Origin: a virus
Lineage: Duplodnaviria; Caudoviricetes
Direction: 5' to 3' (one strand)
Length of the DNA stretch: 58,764 nucleotides
IMG/VR virus record: IMGVR_UViG_3300017754_002055
Span: 1-58,764 of that record
Shown here: positions 8,697-18,596 of the stretch, in pieces
Numbering within the stretch: the stretch's first letter is position 1
How the letters are laid out: each line of letters opens with the position of its first letter
Made by a program: the position numbers and the translations under genes
Notes under the pieces: model-generated
What the model saw: the letters and a program-made list of their open reading frames with translations, nothing else
Databases searched by the model: none
What the model was told of the DNA's origin: nothing

Positions 8697-11600
8697 TTAT
8701 TCACCAAATTTCTTTGAACCGAATCCCTTAGTAGTTTTTTTCTTGGTTTCTTTTGGCGCCCCAAATTTCTTTGAGCCAAACGACGGCTTGTCTTTTTTGC
8801 TTGGCACATAGTTGTAAAACTCGTCCTTCATCTTCTGCTCAAGGTCGTCCATTTGCTTCTTAATTTCCTTCTTTGCTTGTTGCTCGTCATATCCCGGAGA
8901 CTTTTCTCCAAACGTTTCCTCGTATAGCTCGGGGTCGTATCGCTTCATCTCTGTCTTGTTCTCATAACCCTGCAGCATTTCCTTCTCAGCTTGCTTTTTA
9001 TCTGCAGCTTTCTTGTCTGCATTCTCAAGGTCTTTGTACATATTGGACATCACAATCTTTCTAATGTCCTTATACAATGGGACCATTCCTAAGTTACCGA
9101 GCACCTCTAATGGGATTCTGATTTGACTCTCTTTCTTGTCTCTCTCGATTGCTTCTTCTTCTTTTTTAGGAGCTTCAAAAACTTTTCGTACCGTTAATTC
9201 AAGTGTTTTTAACGCAGGGCCAAACGAACCTCCCATCTGAGTAATGAAGTCGTTTAAGTCAGTCTTCTGCCCCTTCTTTTCTTGTGGTATAATTGAGTAA
9301 GAGATATAGTCCTTATACGGGTCGTACTCACCCTCCCTAAGCGCTGTCAAAAACTCTTCATTTGCTTCCTCTACGCCATAGTTGACTAACGTTTTAGTTG
9401 CATTACCAAAGTTACGTCCCAATATAAGTCCTGTCATTGTAGATGCCAATGACTGACCGAACTTTTGCATGAAAGTTTTCTCATCATCCTCATCATCGTC
9501 GGCAAACATTGACAGCATAGTGCTTCCTAATACGTTTGTTAGCAACGTATAGACAGTCATACGTGTTGCAACCCCTGCGAGTAAAGCTAGGCCTTGTTTT
9601 CTTGTAATCAATCCATTACCCATTGCGGCATAGACACCCTCACGTGCAGTGGTGTATTCGTATATGGCAAAGCGAGTCATAAAGTTATTGAAGTTATTGA
9701 AGCCTCTAGTCAATGCGCTTTGGCCGGGTTTTATTGTGCCCTTGAGAATCCCCATAAATGGATTATCTGTAGCGCCAACTCTGACGGACATTCTATCGGC
9801 AGCATCAGCGGCTTTTTCAATTTCAGCTTTATATTGATTCATGTAAGCCTCATCATTCTCCGCAACCTTTTTAACATCTATCTCTTTTCCCGTCTGTTCT
9901 TTAAATGAATTAGAGTACACGCCAAACCAATATGGACGCATCACAGCTCTGTCGGGAGTGGAGATTAAGGTATCAGCAGTAAGTTCGACAAAGTTTTTAT
10001 ACTTCTTAAGACTGTTGTTGTATATTGTGTTTACCACATTTAAAACATCAGACTTTGCAGAACCCGACACTATACCTGTTGTCTGACGAAGCACAGAAGA
10101 GTCTATGAATTTTCCGGAAAGCGCTTGGCCCCCATACAATCTATTGGCTTGAACACTCTTTGAGTTTTTCATTATCTCTTGAGCTTCTAATGTGCTGATT
10201 TTTCTATACAACGAAACGCCTTTTGCAAATGAGTCGGGGTCAAAAATTACTGTACCAAAGTTTGATGTAAGCTCAGAAATAAATCTTGGAATACTTGCAA
10301 GAATTGCCCGGTATCCTGTCTTGGAAATAAACTGAACCACCTCATCACCGATTGAATTGGTAATAAAGTTGTTGGTCAAAACATTCTTAACGACTTCATT
10401 AAATGCAGAGTTTATAGCGTTGAAAATTTCGCGTTCCTCCTTTGGTATGCGGCCATTCTTTTCTAACTTGGCTTTTGTTGCAGCCAATGTTTTACGTGCA
10501 GTGCGTATAGCCTTTGTCATAGAATAGTCCAACAATACAAACTTGGCCCCACGCTGAGCAGAAGCAAACAAATCAAAGTTTAATGGCGACACAGTGTTCT
10601 TTCTTTCTTCAAGAGATTTTGCACGTGTCGATGGTCTCATTGAATTGTTGTACTCATCAGCGGTCTGTGTCCCTGTTGCGTTCTCATCTGCACTATACTC
10701 ATGCATCACATAGTGGTGAACGTAATTGTTTAATGGAGTAATCCTGTCTCCACGAATTACAGATGCAGTGTATACTGCTTTTTCACGTAATGATTCATTC
10801 GTTTTTTGAATGATGTCAATAGCTTCTTTCTCTGCTGAGTTGAATGAGTCGTATAGTTTTTTAGCGTCAATCTCAATAATGTCTTTACCATTTTTATCTT
10901 GACCCACAACTACACCAAAGTTTGTTAATATACTTTCAAGCCATCCAATCTCTCTTTCTCCATACTTGCTATTGCCCTCATCAATACGCTTGATGGTAGA
11001 TTGAATAACCTTTGCTACGTTATGAACCTGCTTGCTATCGGGGTTGTTTTGATACTCAAGCTGAAGCATATAAGCCATCATTCTATACGAAGAGAACAGT
11101 GTATTGTTTGCATTATTCTTATAAGACGAAGCAACTTTTTGTCTAGCCTTATCCAACGTCTTATTGATTGTGTTCATCTCAGAGTCAAAAAAGGCTTGCC
11201 CCTTTGCGAGTCCTGCAAATACAGAGTTGAATATGTTTTTTGTTTTGAAGTCTCCAAACAGCTGCTCCATATTGTATAATGGACCACGTTCAACCATTAC
11301 AAAATCAGACGAATTCTTAGAGCGAGTCAAAAACTTTTTAATCCTTGCATACGCCTTCTCAAATTTTAAGGCAACACCTGTTTTGATTGACTCTATTAAT
11401 GGTTCTGATTTTTTGAATGAATCAAGTCTCTCAACAGTAAGCTCAGCATAACTCGGAAGATATCCGTTGTTAATGTTGTCTATTAATTTGATTACGTTCT
11501 CTAACTGAGAAATACTAAGTTGATTTAAAAGCGAAGGCACTAGCAATTCTTTGAGCTCTTTTGCTAAGTTTCTTTCGTCTCTTGTTGGAAGATTCTCGGC

Positions 11601-14600
11601 GTTAATGTCGAGCCCTCTAATTGCCGAAATCAATTTTCTTTTTTCTTCCTCAATCTCCTGCTCAGTCATCTTGGCCTTTTCAACCCTTGGAATAATAAGG
11701 CTCTTGTATTTCTTCATCAGCTTCACCTCAGCCTCTGTAATCTCTCCCTCCTCTAACATCTTAATTAGAGTCTCAGCAAAGTCAATCTTTCCGTCTTCAT
11801 CAATTACCTTGTCCTCGTAGTTATCGAACAGGATAGCCAATTCTTCAACCAACGATTCCTCCTCGTTTACTGCATCAAGTATTTCGTTAACGGTAGAGAC
11901 AACTTTATTTGCCTCTTCCAATTTCAATACTGCAGCGTTCTCTCCAAATGAATCTACTAACGCAAGGTATTTGTCTAATACTGAATCGGGGATTAGATTT
12001 GGATTGATTGAGAATAGCTTGGTCAATAGAGGTCCTGCTGATTCAGCAATACCTATTTTAGTCTTGATATTTACCTTAGCTGTTTTTAATTTCTTGCGAG
12101 CAGTCTCTATCTTTTGGTCGTATTCAGCGTCTTCAAATACATTAATCATGTAGTCAACAAACTTGTCTACAGAATCTTGATTGAATACATTGACTGCCGC
12201 AAATCTTCTGATAATACTTGCTACCTGCTTGGTTTTTATTTTACCCGGCAATACTAATTCTTTTATTTGCTTAGCCAACTCAGCTTCAGCTTTCATAAAA
12301 GCAATCTTTGACTGTCTTGCTCCCCGGGCTAGGTCTCGGATTTGTTTCTTAAGCAACTCCTTCTCTGACATTGTGATTCTTTTAATGTCAGCTATATCCC
12401 CAAGCACTAGGCGACCTAGTCCCATAAACACGTCTCTTTCAACTGATGGCGCAGACTTTTGTCTTTTGCCAAACTCAGTTTCTACATTACGAACCAACTG
12501 CTCACGCTGAGAGTCGTTTGCTATCTCATAAACCTTAGACCTAGTAACATACTTCATGACGTTATCCATGGTCTTTGCTTTGTCTAGTCCACGTTTTATA
12601 GACTTCTCAATAATTCCATTGGCAATATCAAGCATACGTGCGTATCCCGGAATGGTGTCTACGTTCTCTTGAAGATTGCCGGCCCCTAGATTAATTCTAG
12701 AGAACTTAGCCTTGAATGGATTGAAGAATTTGCCGTTTGGGTCTAGGATATATACTCCTCCCGGTCTTCCGTTAGCATCGGGCTTAGCTCTCTTAGCTGA
12801 ATAGCCAAAGACATTGAGCTCTCTGCTCATGGCGAACTCATTTACCTGTGCAGGAGAGAAGCCATTATTATTCATGTTGTACCTCTTGGCAACCTTCTGA
12901 ACTTCTTGAAGCGTTCCTCCTCCCTGTGGAGTTTGACGACTTACTCTTGCTCCTCCTCGCTCAGCCCCGACAGTATCAGATTTAGTTCCTCTACTTCTTC
13001 GTCCGACAGTTTCTCCTTCAACATTATCTGTAGTCCCTTCTTGAAGAGGTCCTCCTGCCCAACTTGGGGTTTTGATTCCTCCTGCATACTCTGTGATTTG
13101 ATTTCTTGATTCATCTAATGTGATTTTTTTGTTTACGTAATTTTCTACTATTTGATTGATAGCCTCAACCTTTTTCTTATCTCTTTTAAAATCATCAGTG
13201 AACAAGCCTCTTACTGCTTCCCAAGTAATACTCTGTACTTGACGAGGCAATAGACCTGTTTCTTCTGCGGCTAAATTATATCCTTCGGCAAATGCATAGT
13301 ACAACCCTTTGATTCCAAGTGGGTCTGAGTTTGATGTACCGGTTCCAAAATTAGCTTCAACTTGTTTAGAGTTTCCCGATAAAGGAAGCAATAACGCAGC
13401 GGCTACCGCATGGGTATCCATTGTCACGTCCTTGTCGGGAGACATTGGGTCGATGATATTATTGTAAAAGTTACGAATTTTGTGCATCTCTCCAAGAGTT
13501 CTTGTGATATTCTCTTGGCTTCCATCAAGATAAATTGCAACTGCTTTACCAATTTCAGTATATGAACCCCAAGCGACTTGAGCATTAGAGCCGTCTTTCT
13601 TTTTAGCTATTCCAATTACCTTACCGTCGGGACTTAAAATGTCGTAATCTTTAGTTGTGTTTACCTCGTTGTATGTTCGGGCGTAATATGGTTTAGCGTA
13701 ATTAGGAGCGTCATTCATCTTCGTTCCTATTAGGCCGGTAAGATTTTGCAAAACTATATCGCTTTTTTTAACGGCACTATCATACTTAGCTATTAGTTTT
13801 TTTAACTTGTTAGCATTAGCCTTTGAGCGGCTCTTCTTGTATGCTGCCTTAGCCTTGTTTACCTTCTTCTGCTTACCTTCCAAGCCGATGTTAATGATTC
13901 CTCTCTGATAGTCAACCATCTCTTGACTCATAACAGGATTATCTTTAAATGCCATCATTACCATTTCGGCAAGACGAACATTTTGATACCAATCTTTTTG
14001 AGGAGATAGTGAAGCTATAATACCTGCAGCTTGTTCGGTTGTGATGCCATACTTTTTGCCAAAGTTTTGGGCCAAGATGTTTGCTCCATCATACCACAGC
14101 GTTGCAATCTCTCTTAGGTCTTGTCTAAAGTTATCTATCAGATACTCTAAGTTATCTGCAATCTGACGAGAAAATATATCGTAAACTTCTTGAGCCTGCT
14201 CAATAGTTTTTATCTCATTGAATGCTTTAACTCCTCTAACGATTGGATACTGAGCAATAAGATTGGCATTGCTGATAAATATCTCCGGAGCATTTTCTTT
14301 TACATAAGCAAGTGAAAGTTCCGGCGCTTCTTCTACAATCTTCCGTTTGTTTCTTGTATAGATAGCTAAGCCTTTCGAGACTCTGCTTCCTGCACGGCTA
14401 AGAGTGCGGACAAGTTTTACATCGATGTCTTTGAGGGAAGATGTTTTAGGAGTAGTCTCTTGAAGAGTAGCTACACCCGCTTTCGGTTTTTGAAAAGAAG
14501 TTCTATTTGGATTAGACGCCTGTTGTTGCTCAACATCTCTAAAGAACATTGATATATCCTGTCCCTTAGACATGCGCTCAGAGATAGTTACCATGAACTC

Positions 14601-17600
14601 CAATACGTCCTCCGGTCTAGCGTCCTCCAAGAACATTGGCTGCCCTGTAATCTTTACTGCTATGCCATTGAACAAAGATTTTATCTCATCAAGGAGTGTC
14701 TTTGCCTTTGGAGTTAGATTGTCAGATGTAATTCCTGCTGCAGTAAGCAGCCCTCCAAGTTGAACAAGCCACTCCTCTGCTTGAACGTTCGATTGCTTAT
14801 ATGTTTCTGATTCTGAAAACTCATCAAGCTGATTTGCAATTTCATTGAATCCATTGTCGATAAGGGATTGTCTTACGCTATCTCTGAACTCATTAAACAA
14901 CGCTTGATTATCACCAAATGCCTTGATTAATATGGCATGCCAAGCCTCGTGCGGAAGAGTGGTAGCGTCAGATACTGAGTCGTTAATCAATATCTCAATA
15001 GGCTTGTTGTTCAAGTCATAGATAATCATACCTCCCTCGCCCCCGAGAATCTGACTTGAAAATGAAGCACCAAATCTCTGAATTGCGTAGTCCTTCATCT
15101 CCTGTAATGACTTAAGATTCTTAGTCTTCAAGTCGGGAAATATAGTAGTTAATGAGCGAACAGTATTGGCAAAAATCTCAGCCTTAGTTTTGCCCATTTT
15201 ATTAGCCTTCGAGCTAATGATTTCATTTTTAAAAGCCTTTGCCGTATCTCCGTAAATCGTTAACTTAAAAAGCTTGCCCCCTTCTTTCTTTCCAATAGGA
15301 AGTCCAAGAATTTTTTTTCTTTTATCACTCTGAACCTCCTCTGTAAACTCACGAAGAAATGGTGGTACTTGGTCTATAGAGTCTACCATAAACTCATAAG
15401 TCTCATCATCATTAAGTCCATCAAAAAAACTATCAGACATATCGACAATATTGCCGTTTACAGTTCCGAAAACTCGGCCCTGTCTTGGAGCTTGTTGTTG
15501 TGCTTGCTCTTGTGCTTGCTCTTGAATCTGACTTAATTCCTCATCAATCTGTGTCTTTAAAGACACTTCAACGGCATCAATAACACTTTGCTGTTGAGGT
15601 GTGCGGTCTTGCTCAGACAACTGAGATGCTGTATCATAAAGCTCAGCAAGCATCTTCTCGTTACCCATCACCGAGGTCTCAGTACCATCCTCTTGCTCGA
15701 AGGTGATTGCGGTGCGCTCTTCTGTCGGGAGTTGCTCTAACGCTGCTGTTACAGTCTCCGGACTAGACAACAAAGACGGTCTAGTGGCAGCAGTTTCTGT
15801 AGCTGCAGCGGACCTAGCCTTTTCATTTAGTGCATTTAATTCGTTTTGAGCGTCTTCAAAAGTAATAAGCTCTTCGCCAATTAATACCGATAAGGGGCCT
15901 ATGCCTTCGGGGGCGGTAGATATAGACCGCTCGACAGCCTGTTCAAGAGCAGCCCTTCTCTCTTCTTCCTCGTCTGTTAATATTTGTATTCTATTTCCCG
16001 GAGCTCCTGTAGCAGGCTCAGCGGCAGGCTCAGCGGCAGGACGATTTGATATTGCATCAAGCTCGTCATTGATGTCATTGATACGACTCTTCTGACGTCT
16101 CACTAGCGCCTCATCCTTGCCTTGTATTTGTTGCTCTAGGTCTTTCTTCTCCTTTAGCAAGTTCATTGCCTCCTTGGCGTCTTGAGTAGATAATCCCTCG
16201 GGCACAGAACGGTATAAGCCAACTGAGTTCCTGTAATTGTTCAGCGACTCCTTGGCTTCTGCCATTGTCATATCTCCGGTAGAAGCCAATTGCTTTAGCC
16301 TCACGACATAAGCTTTCTCTATCTCGCTATCATTAGCTGCTTTTCTGAAGAACTCAAACGCTTTGTCATCCATTGACAAGAATCCTTTCTTCGAGTAAGC
16401 AGCGGACACCGCTGATGGTACGCCCAAAACAAAACCACCGACAGCTTCTTGAGCTCCGGCAGTTGCAACATCTTTTATGTATTCAGCAGACAAGAAGTCG
16501 GGAGTTTGGAACATATCCTTTCCCTTCGCTGTGTTGTACATATCTTTTAAAGCATACTCAGAAACCTGTTGTAGAAATCCGGTCTCACCCTCAGCAAGAG
16601 CTGCTCCGCCCACGGTGATAAGACCACGAGCGACCATGCTGTTGACTTCATTTTTAACAAGCTCTCCAAATGTCTTCGCAGTGGTAGTGGCTCCTGCCTT
16701 TCCCATAGCACCTAGGATGATTCGGTTCATCAGACCTTTGTTGGCTATCACGTTCCTAAGACCTATTGACTCTAGGATTGCAGATGTAATTCCTATTGGA
16801 GCTACAACAGATAGCTTTTCACTCTCAGATATTTTGTCAAACTCAGGGTTATTTGACATCTCCTCGTACACGTGGTCTGTAACTTGAGAATACATTTGAG
16901 CGGTTCTCTGTGCCCATCCTATCGGGGTATTACTACCGACCATTGCCGGTAATGACTCTGCGACACCGAGTATAGCTCCTCCCCAAAATCCTTGTTTTTT
17001 TAGTTCAGCCCATTCTACAGTTGTGCTAGGGTCTCCCAATACAATCTCAGCCCCCGTTCTTATAGACGGGAGAAGATTTTTTTTAAATTCCTTTCTTAGG
17101 TCATCATTTGACTTTGCTCTAACAGAATCCTGTTGTTCGTCAGTCAAGCTATTATACCAATCCCTTACGGTTTGCCCGGCCTTGGGCATTGGTATGGGGT
17201 CGGGAGTCCCTATAGGGAGTACAAGAAATTTGTCACCTCTCTTTTTTGACTCTGCAACAGCCTCATTGTAATCTTCATTTATTCTGTAGGCATTAGATAC
17301 GGCAAGGTTCTTCAATTTTATGGTGTCCTCTGATGGAACTCCTGTCGCCTTTTCGTCGGTAAGAGTTTTCTCAACATCTTCGTCTGCACCTAATGGGCCG
17401 TATTCTGAAATAAAAGCATCAATATATGCGTTCACTTGTCCGGCTGCCATTCTTCCTATACCCGTCATGAACCTATCTAACAACCCTCCTGCCCAACCGC
17501 CTTGCTCCTCTTTCATAGCAGTGTATTGGCCGACAGCATATTCTAAGTTCTTTTTATTTAGCCTAACCTGCTCTTCCCGAGAAAGAAGCCCTTGTGCTTT

Positions 17601-18575
17601 TGCTTCTAGTGCCGCTTTCTTTTGAGAATAATCTGCAACTCTTTGCTTGTACTCGGGTGTGTTTCTATTAGCAAGGGGCACGGAATTAAGAGAAGACTCC
17701 TCGTCGTCTATCTTTTTCTTTTCTGACAAGAACATTGTGATGTCATTCTTGAGTGCTGTAGCATTATCGTCAAACGCTTTAAGCTCTGCATCTCTTTGCT
17801 CATCGTTGGCGATTCTCTTGCTCTTTTGTGCGTATTGTTTCTCTAAAGACTTAAGGCCCGACAAAGTAGTATCGGTATTATCGTCGATAAACTTACGCAG
17901 CTTTTTAGCCTCAGATTCAGCTCCAAAAAATGGGTCAAGAGAAAACTCCATCTTCTCTCCATTGGGGGCTGTGCCAATCATGTAGTCTCCCATCACTCCT
18001 GTTTTTTCAAACTTAAATCCAATTGGCCCAAATTGATAGTTCATTTTAGGCACAACAAATTCTTCAGTTGAATTTATTAGGTCGGGAGTTATAATATCTA
18101 GTGAAGACTTATAAGCCTCCGGAGTTGCTGCTTCTTTCTCGGCCCTTGTCTGCGCTATTTTAGCGAAGTCAATATTTGCATTTATACCTAGCTTCTCATT
18201 CTCAGTCTGAGGCTTGGGTATACCACTGAAATCAAACTTCTCCGGCTGTCGAGAAGCCAAAGAAGAATCTGCCGAAGACAATCCCGTAGTAACGGTTTCT
18301 TCTTTTTTTTTTAATTCCTGCTGAGCTTGCATCTGCGGCTGAGCTTGCATCTGCGGCTGAGCTTGCATCTGCGGCTGAGCTCCGGCTCCGCTAACACCCA
18401 TTAGGATTCTGAAAGCGTTAATGTCTTTTCTATATCCTGTATTAACAAAAAGATTATAAGCATCATTGAGAGCCTCGGGAGTAGTGGCCATCAACTGCTT
18501 AAAATCTTCGTAAGATTTTTTATACCCTGTGCCTACAAAAAGGTTGTAGGCGTCTTTGATTGCTTCTTCGTTCAT
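8697..18575 (-). CDS. Giant (3292 aa) internal virion/DNA-ejection protein, polyvalent type
   Basis: Last gene of the structural operon; largely helical; contains a zincin HEAWH motif and an LSPQ..W/NFY.NI/VT.DTHA/QVQSITW domain. Confidence 0.7.
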   Translation of the reverse strand: MNEEAIKDAYNLFVGTGYKKSYEDFKQLMATTPEALNDAYNLFVNTGYRKDINAFRILMGVSGAGAQPQMQAQPQMQAQPQMQAQQELKKKEETVTTGLSSADSSLASRQPEKFDFSGIPKPQTENEKLGINANIDFAKIAQTRAEKEAATPEAYKSSLDIITPDLINSTEEFVVPKMNYQFGPIGFKFEKTGVMGDYMIGTAPNGEKMEFSLDPFFGAESEAKKLRKFIDDNTDTTLSGLKSLEKQYAQKSKRIANDEQRDAELKAFDDNATALKNDITMFLSEKKKIDDEESSLNSVPLANRNTPEYKQRVADYSQKKAALEAKAQGLLSREEQVRLNKKNLEYAVGQYTAMKEEQGGWAGGLLDRFMTGIGRMAAGQVNAYIDAFISEYGPLGADEDVEKTLTDEKATGVPSEDTIKLKNLAVSNAYRINEDYNEAVAESKKRGDKFLVLPIGTPDPIPMPKAGQTVRDWYNSLTDEQQDSVRAKSNDDLRKEFKKNLLPSIRTGAEIVLGDPSTTVEWAELKKQGFWGGAILGVAESLPAMVGSNTPIGWAQRTAQMYSQVTDHVYEEMSNNPEFDKISESEKLSVVAPIGITSAILESIGLRNVIANKGLMNRIILGAMGKAGATTTAKTFGELVKNEVNSMVARGLITVGGAALAEGETGFLQQVSEYALKDMYNTAKGKDMFQTPDFLSAEYIKDVATAGAQEAVGGFVLGVPSAVSAAYSKKGFLSMDDKAFEFFRKAANDSEIEKAYVVRLKQLASTGDMTMAEAKESLNNYRNSVGLYRSVPEGLSTQDAKEAMNLLKEKKDLEQQIQGKDEALVRRQKSRINDINDELDAISNRPAAEPAAEPATGAPGNRIQILTDEEEERRAALEQAVERSISTAPEGIGPLSVLIGEELITFEDAQNELNALNEKARSAAATETAATRPSLLSSPETVTAALEQLPTEERTAITFEQEDGTETSVMGNEKMLAELYDTASQLSEQDRTPQQQSVIDAVEVSLKTQIDEELSQIQEQAQEQAQQQAPRQGRVFGTVNGNIVDMSDSFFDGLNDDETYEFMVDSIDQVPPFLREFTEEVQSDKRKKILGLPIGKKEGGKLFKLTIYGDTAKAFKNEIISSKANKMGKTKAEIFANTVRSLTTIFPDLKTKNLKSLQEMKDYAIQRFGASFSSQILGGEGGMIIYDLNNKPIEILINDSVSDATTLPHEAWHAILIKAFGDNQALFNEFRDSVRQSLIDNGFNEIANQLDEFSESETYKQSNVQAEEWLVQLGGLLTAAGITSDNLTPKAKTLLDEIKSLFNGIAVKITGQPMFLEDARPEDVLEFMVTISERMSKGQDISMFFRDVEQQQASNPNRTSFQKPKAGVATLQETTPKTSSLKDIDVKLVRTLSRAGSRVSKGLAIYTRNKRKIVEEAPELSLAYVKENAPEIFISNANLIAQYPIVRGVKAFNEIKTIEQAQEVYDIFSRQIADNLEYLIDNFRQDLREIATLWYDGANILAQNFGKKYGITTEQAAGIIASLSPQKDWYQNVRLAEMVMMAFKDNPVMSQEMVDYQRGIINIGLEGKQKKVNKAKAAYKKSRSKANANKLKKLIAKYDSAVKKSDIVLQNLTGLIGTKMNDAPNYAKPYYARTYNEVNTTKDYDILSPDGKVIGIAKKKDGSNAQVAWGSYTEIGKAVAIYLDGSQENITRTLGEMHKIRNFYNNIIDPMSPDKDVTMDTHAVAAALLLPLSGNSKQVEANFGTGTSNSDPLGIKGLYYAFAEGYNLAAEETGLLPRQVQSITWEAVRGLFTDDFKRDKKKVEAINQIVENYVNKKITLDESRNQITEYAGGIKTPSWAGGPLQEGTTDNVEGETVGRRSRGTKSDTVGAERGGARVSRQTPQGGGTLQEVQKVAKRYNMNNNGFSPAQVNEFAMSRELNVFGYSAKRAKPDANGRPGGVYILDPNGKFFNPFKAKFSRINLGAGNLQENVDTIPGYARMLDIANGIIEKSIKRGLDKAKTMDNVMKYVTRSKVYEIANDSQREQLVRNVETEFGKRQKSAPSVERDVFMGLGRLVLGDIADIKRITMSEKELLKKQIRDLARGARQSKIAFMKAEAELAKQIKELVLPGKIKTKQVASIIRRFAAVNVFNQDSVDKFVDYMINVFEDAEYDQKIETARKKLKTAKVNIKTKIGIAESAGPLLTKLFSINPNLIPDSVLDKYLALVDSFGENAAVLKLEEANKVVSTVNEILDAVNEEESLVEELAILFDNYEDKVIDEDGKIDFAETLIKMLEEGEITEAEVKLMKKYKSLIIPRVEKAKMTEQEIEEEKRKLISAIRGLDINAENLPTRDERNLAKELKELLVPSLLNQLSISQLENVIKLIDNINNGYLPSYAELTVERLDSFKKSEPLIESIKTGVALKFEKAYARIKKFLTRSKNSSDFVMVERGPLYNMEQLFGDFKTKNIFNSVFAGLAKGQAFFDSEMNTINKTLDKARQKVASSYKNNANNTLFSSYRMMAYMLQLEYQNNPDSKQVHNVAKVIQSTIKRIDEGNSKYGEREIGWLESILTNFGVVVGQDKNGKDIIEIDAKKLYDSFNSAEKEAIDIIQKTNESLREKAVYTASVIRGDRITPLNNYVHHYVMHEYSADENATGTQTADEYNNSMRPSTRAKSLEERKNTVSPLNFDLFASAQRGAKFVLLDYSMTKAIRTARKTLAATKAKLEKNGRIPKEEREIFNAINSAFNEVVKNVLTNNFITNSIGDEVVQFISKTGYRAILASIPRFISELTSNFGTVIFDPDSFAKGVSLYRKISTLEAQEIMKNSKSVQANRLYGGQALSGKFIDSSVLRQTTGIVSGSAKSDVLNVVNTIYNNSLKKYKNFVELTADTLISTPDRAVMRPYWFGVYSNSFKEQTGKEIDVKKVAENDEAYMNQYKAEIEKAADAADRMSVRVGATDNPFMGILKGTIKPGQSALTRGFNNFNNFMTRFAIYEYTTAREGVYAAMGNGLITRKQGLALLAGVATRMTVYTLLTNVLGSTMLSMFADDDEDDEKTFMQKFGQSLASTMTGLILGRNFGNATKTLVNYGVEEANEEFLTALREGEYDPYKDYISYSIIPQEKKGQKTDLNDFITQMGGSFGPALKTLELTVRKVFEAPKKEEEAIERDKKESQIRIPLEVLGNLGMVPLYKDIRKIVMSNMYKDLENADKKAADKKQAEKEMLQGYENKTEMKRYDPELYEETFGEKSPGYDEQQAKKEIKKQMDDLEQKMKDEFYNYVPSKKDKPSFGSKKFGAPKETKKKTTKGFGSKKFGE
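15551..15566. repeat. 16-bp palindrome GTGTCTTTAAAGACAC inside the giant CDS
   Basis: Direct read; encodes VSLKT. Confidence 0.95.
18321..18381 (-). repeat. 18-bp tandem repeat (about 3.4 copies) encoding QPQMQA
   Basis: CTGAGCTTGCATCTGCGG x3 plus a partial copy. Confidence 0.9.
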
Positions 18576-18579
18576 AGCT

Positions 18580-18587
18580 CAAATATA
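18580..18587 (-). promoter_or_regulatory. Possible -7 element TATATTTG just upstream of the giant gene
   Basis: CAAATATA on the + strand, only 4 nt from the ATG, so the transcript would be nearly leaderless. Confidence 0.35.
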
Positions 18588-18596
18588 CTACTATAG

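Noticed and set aside
8697-18575. Giant protein as a crAss- or N4-type virion RNA polymerase
   Set aside because: No DxDGD or other polymerase motif was recognised; a profile search would be needed to exclude it fully.
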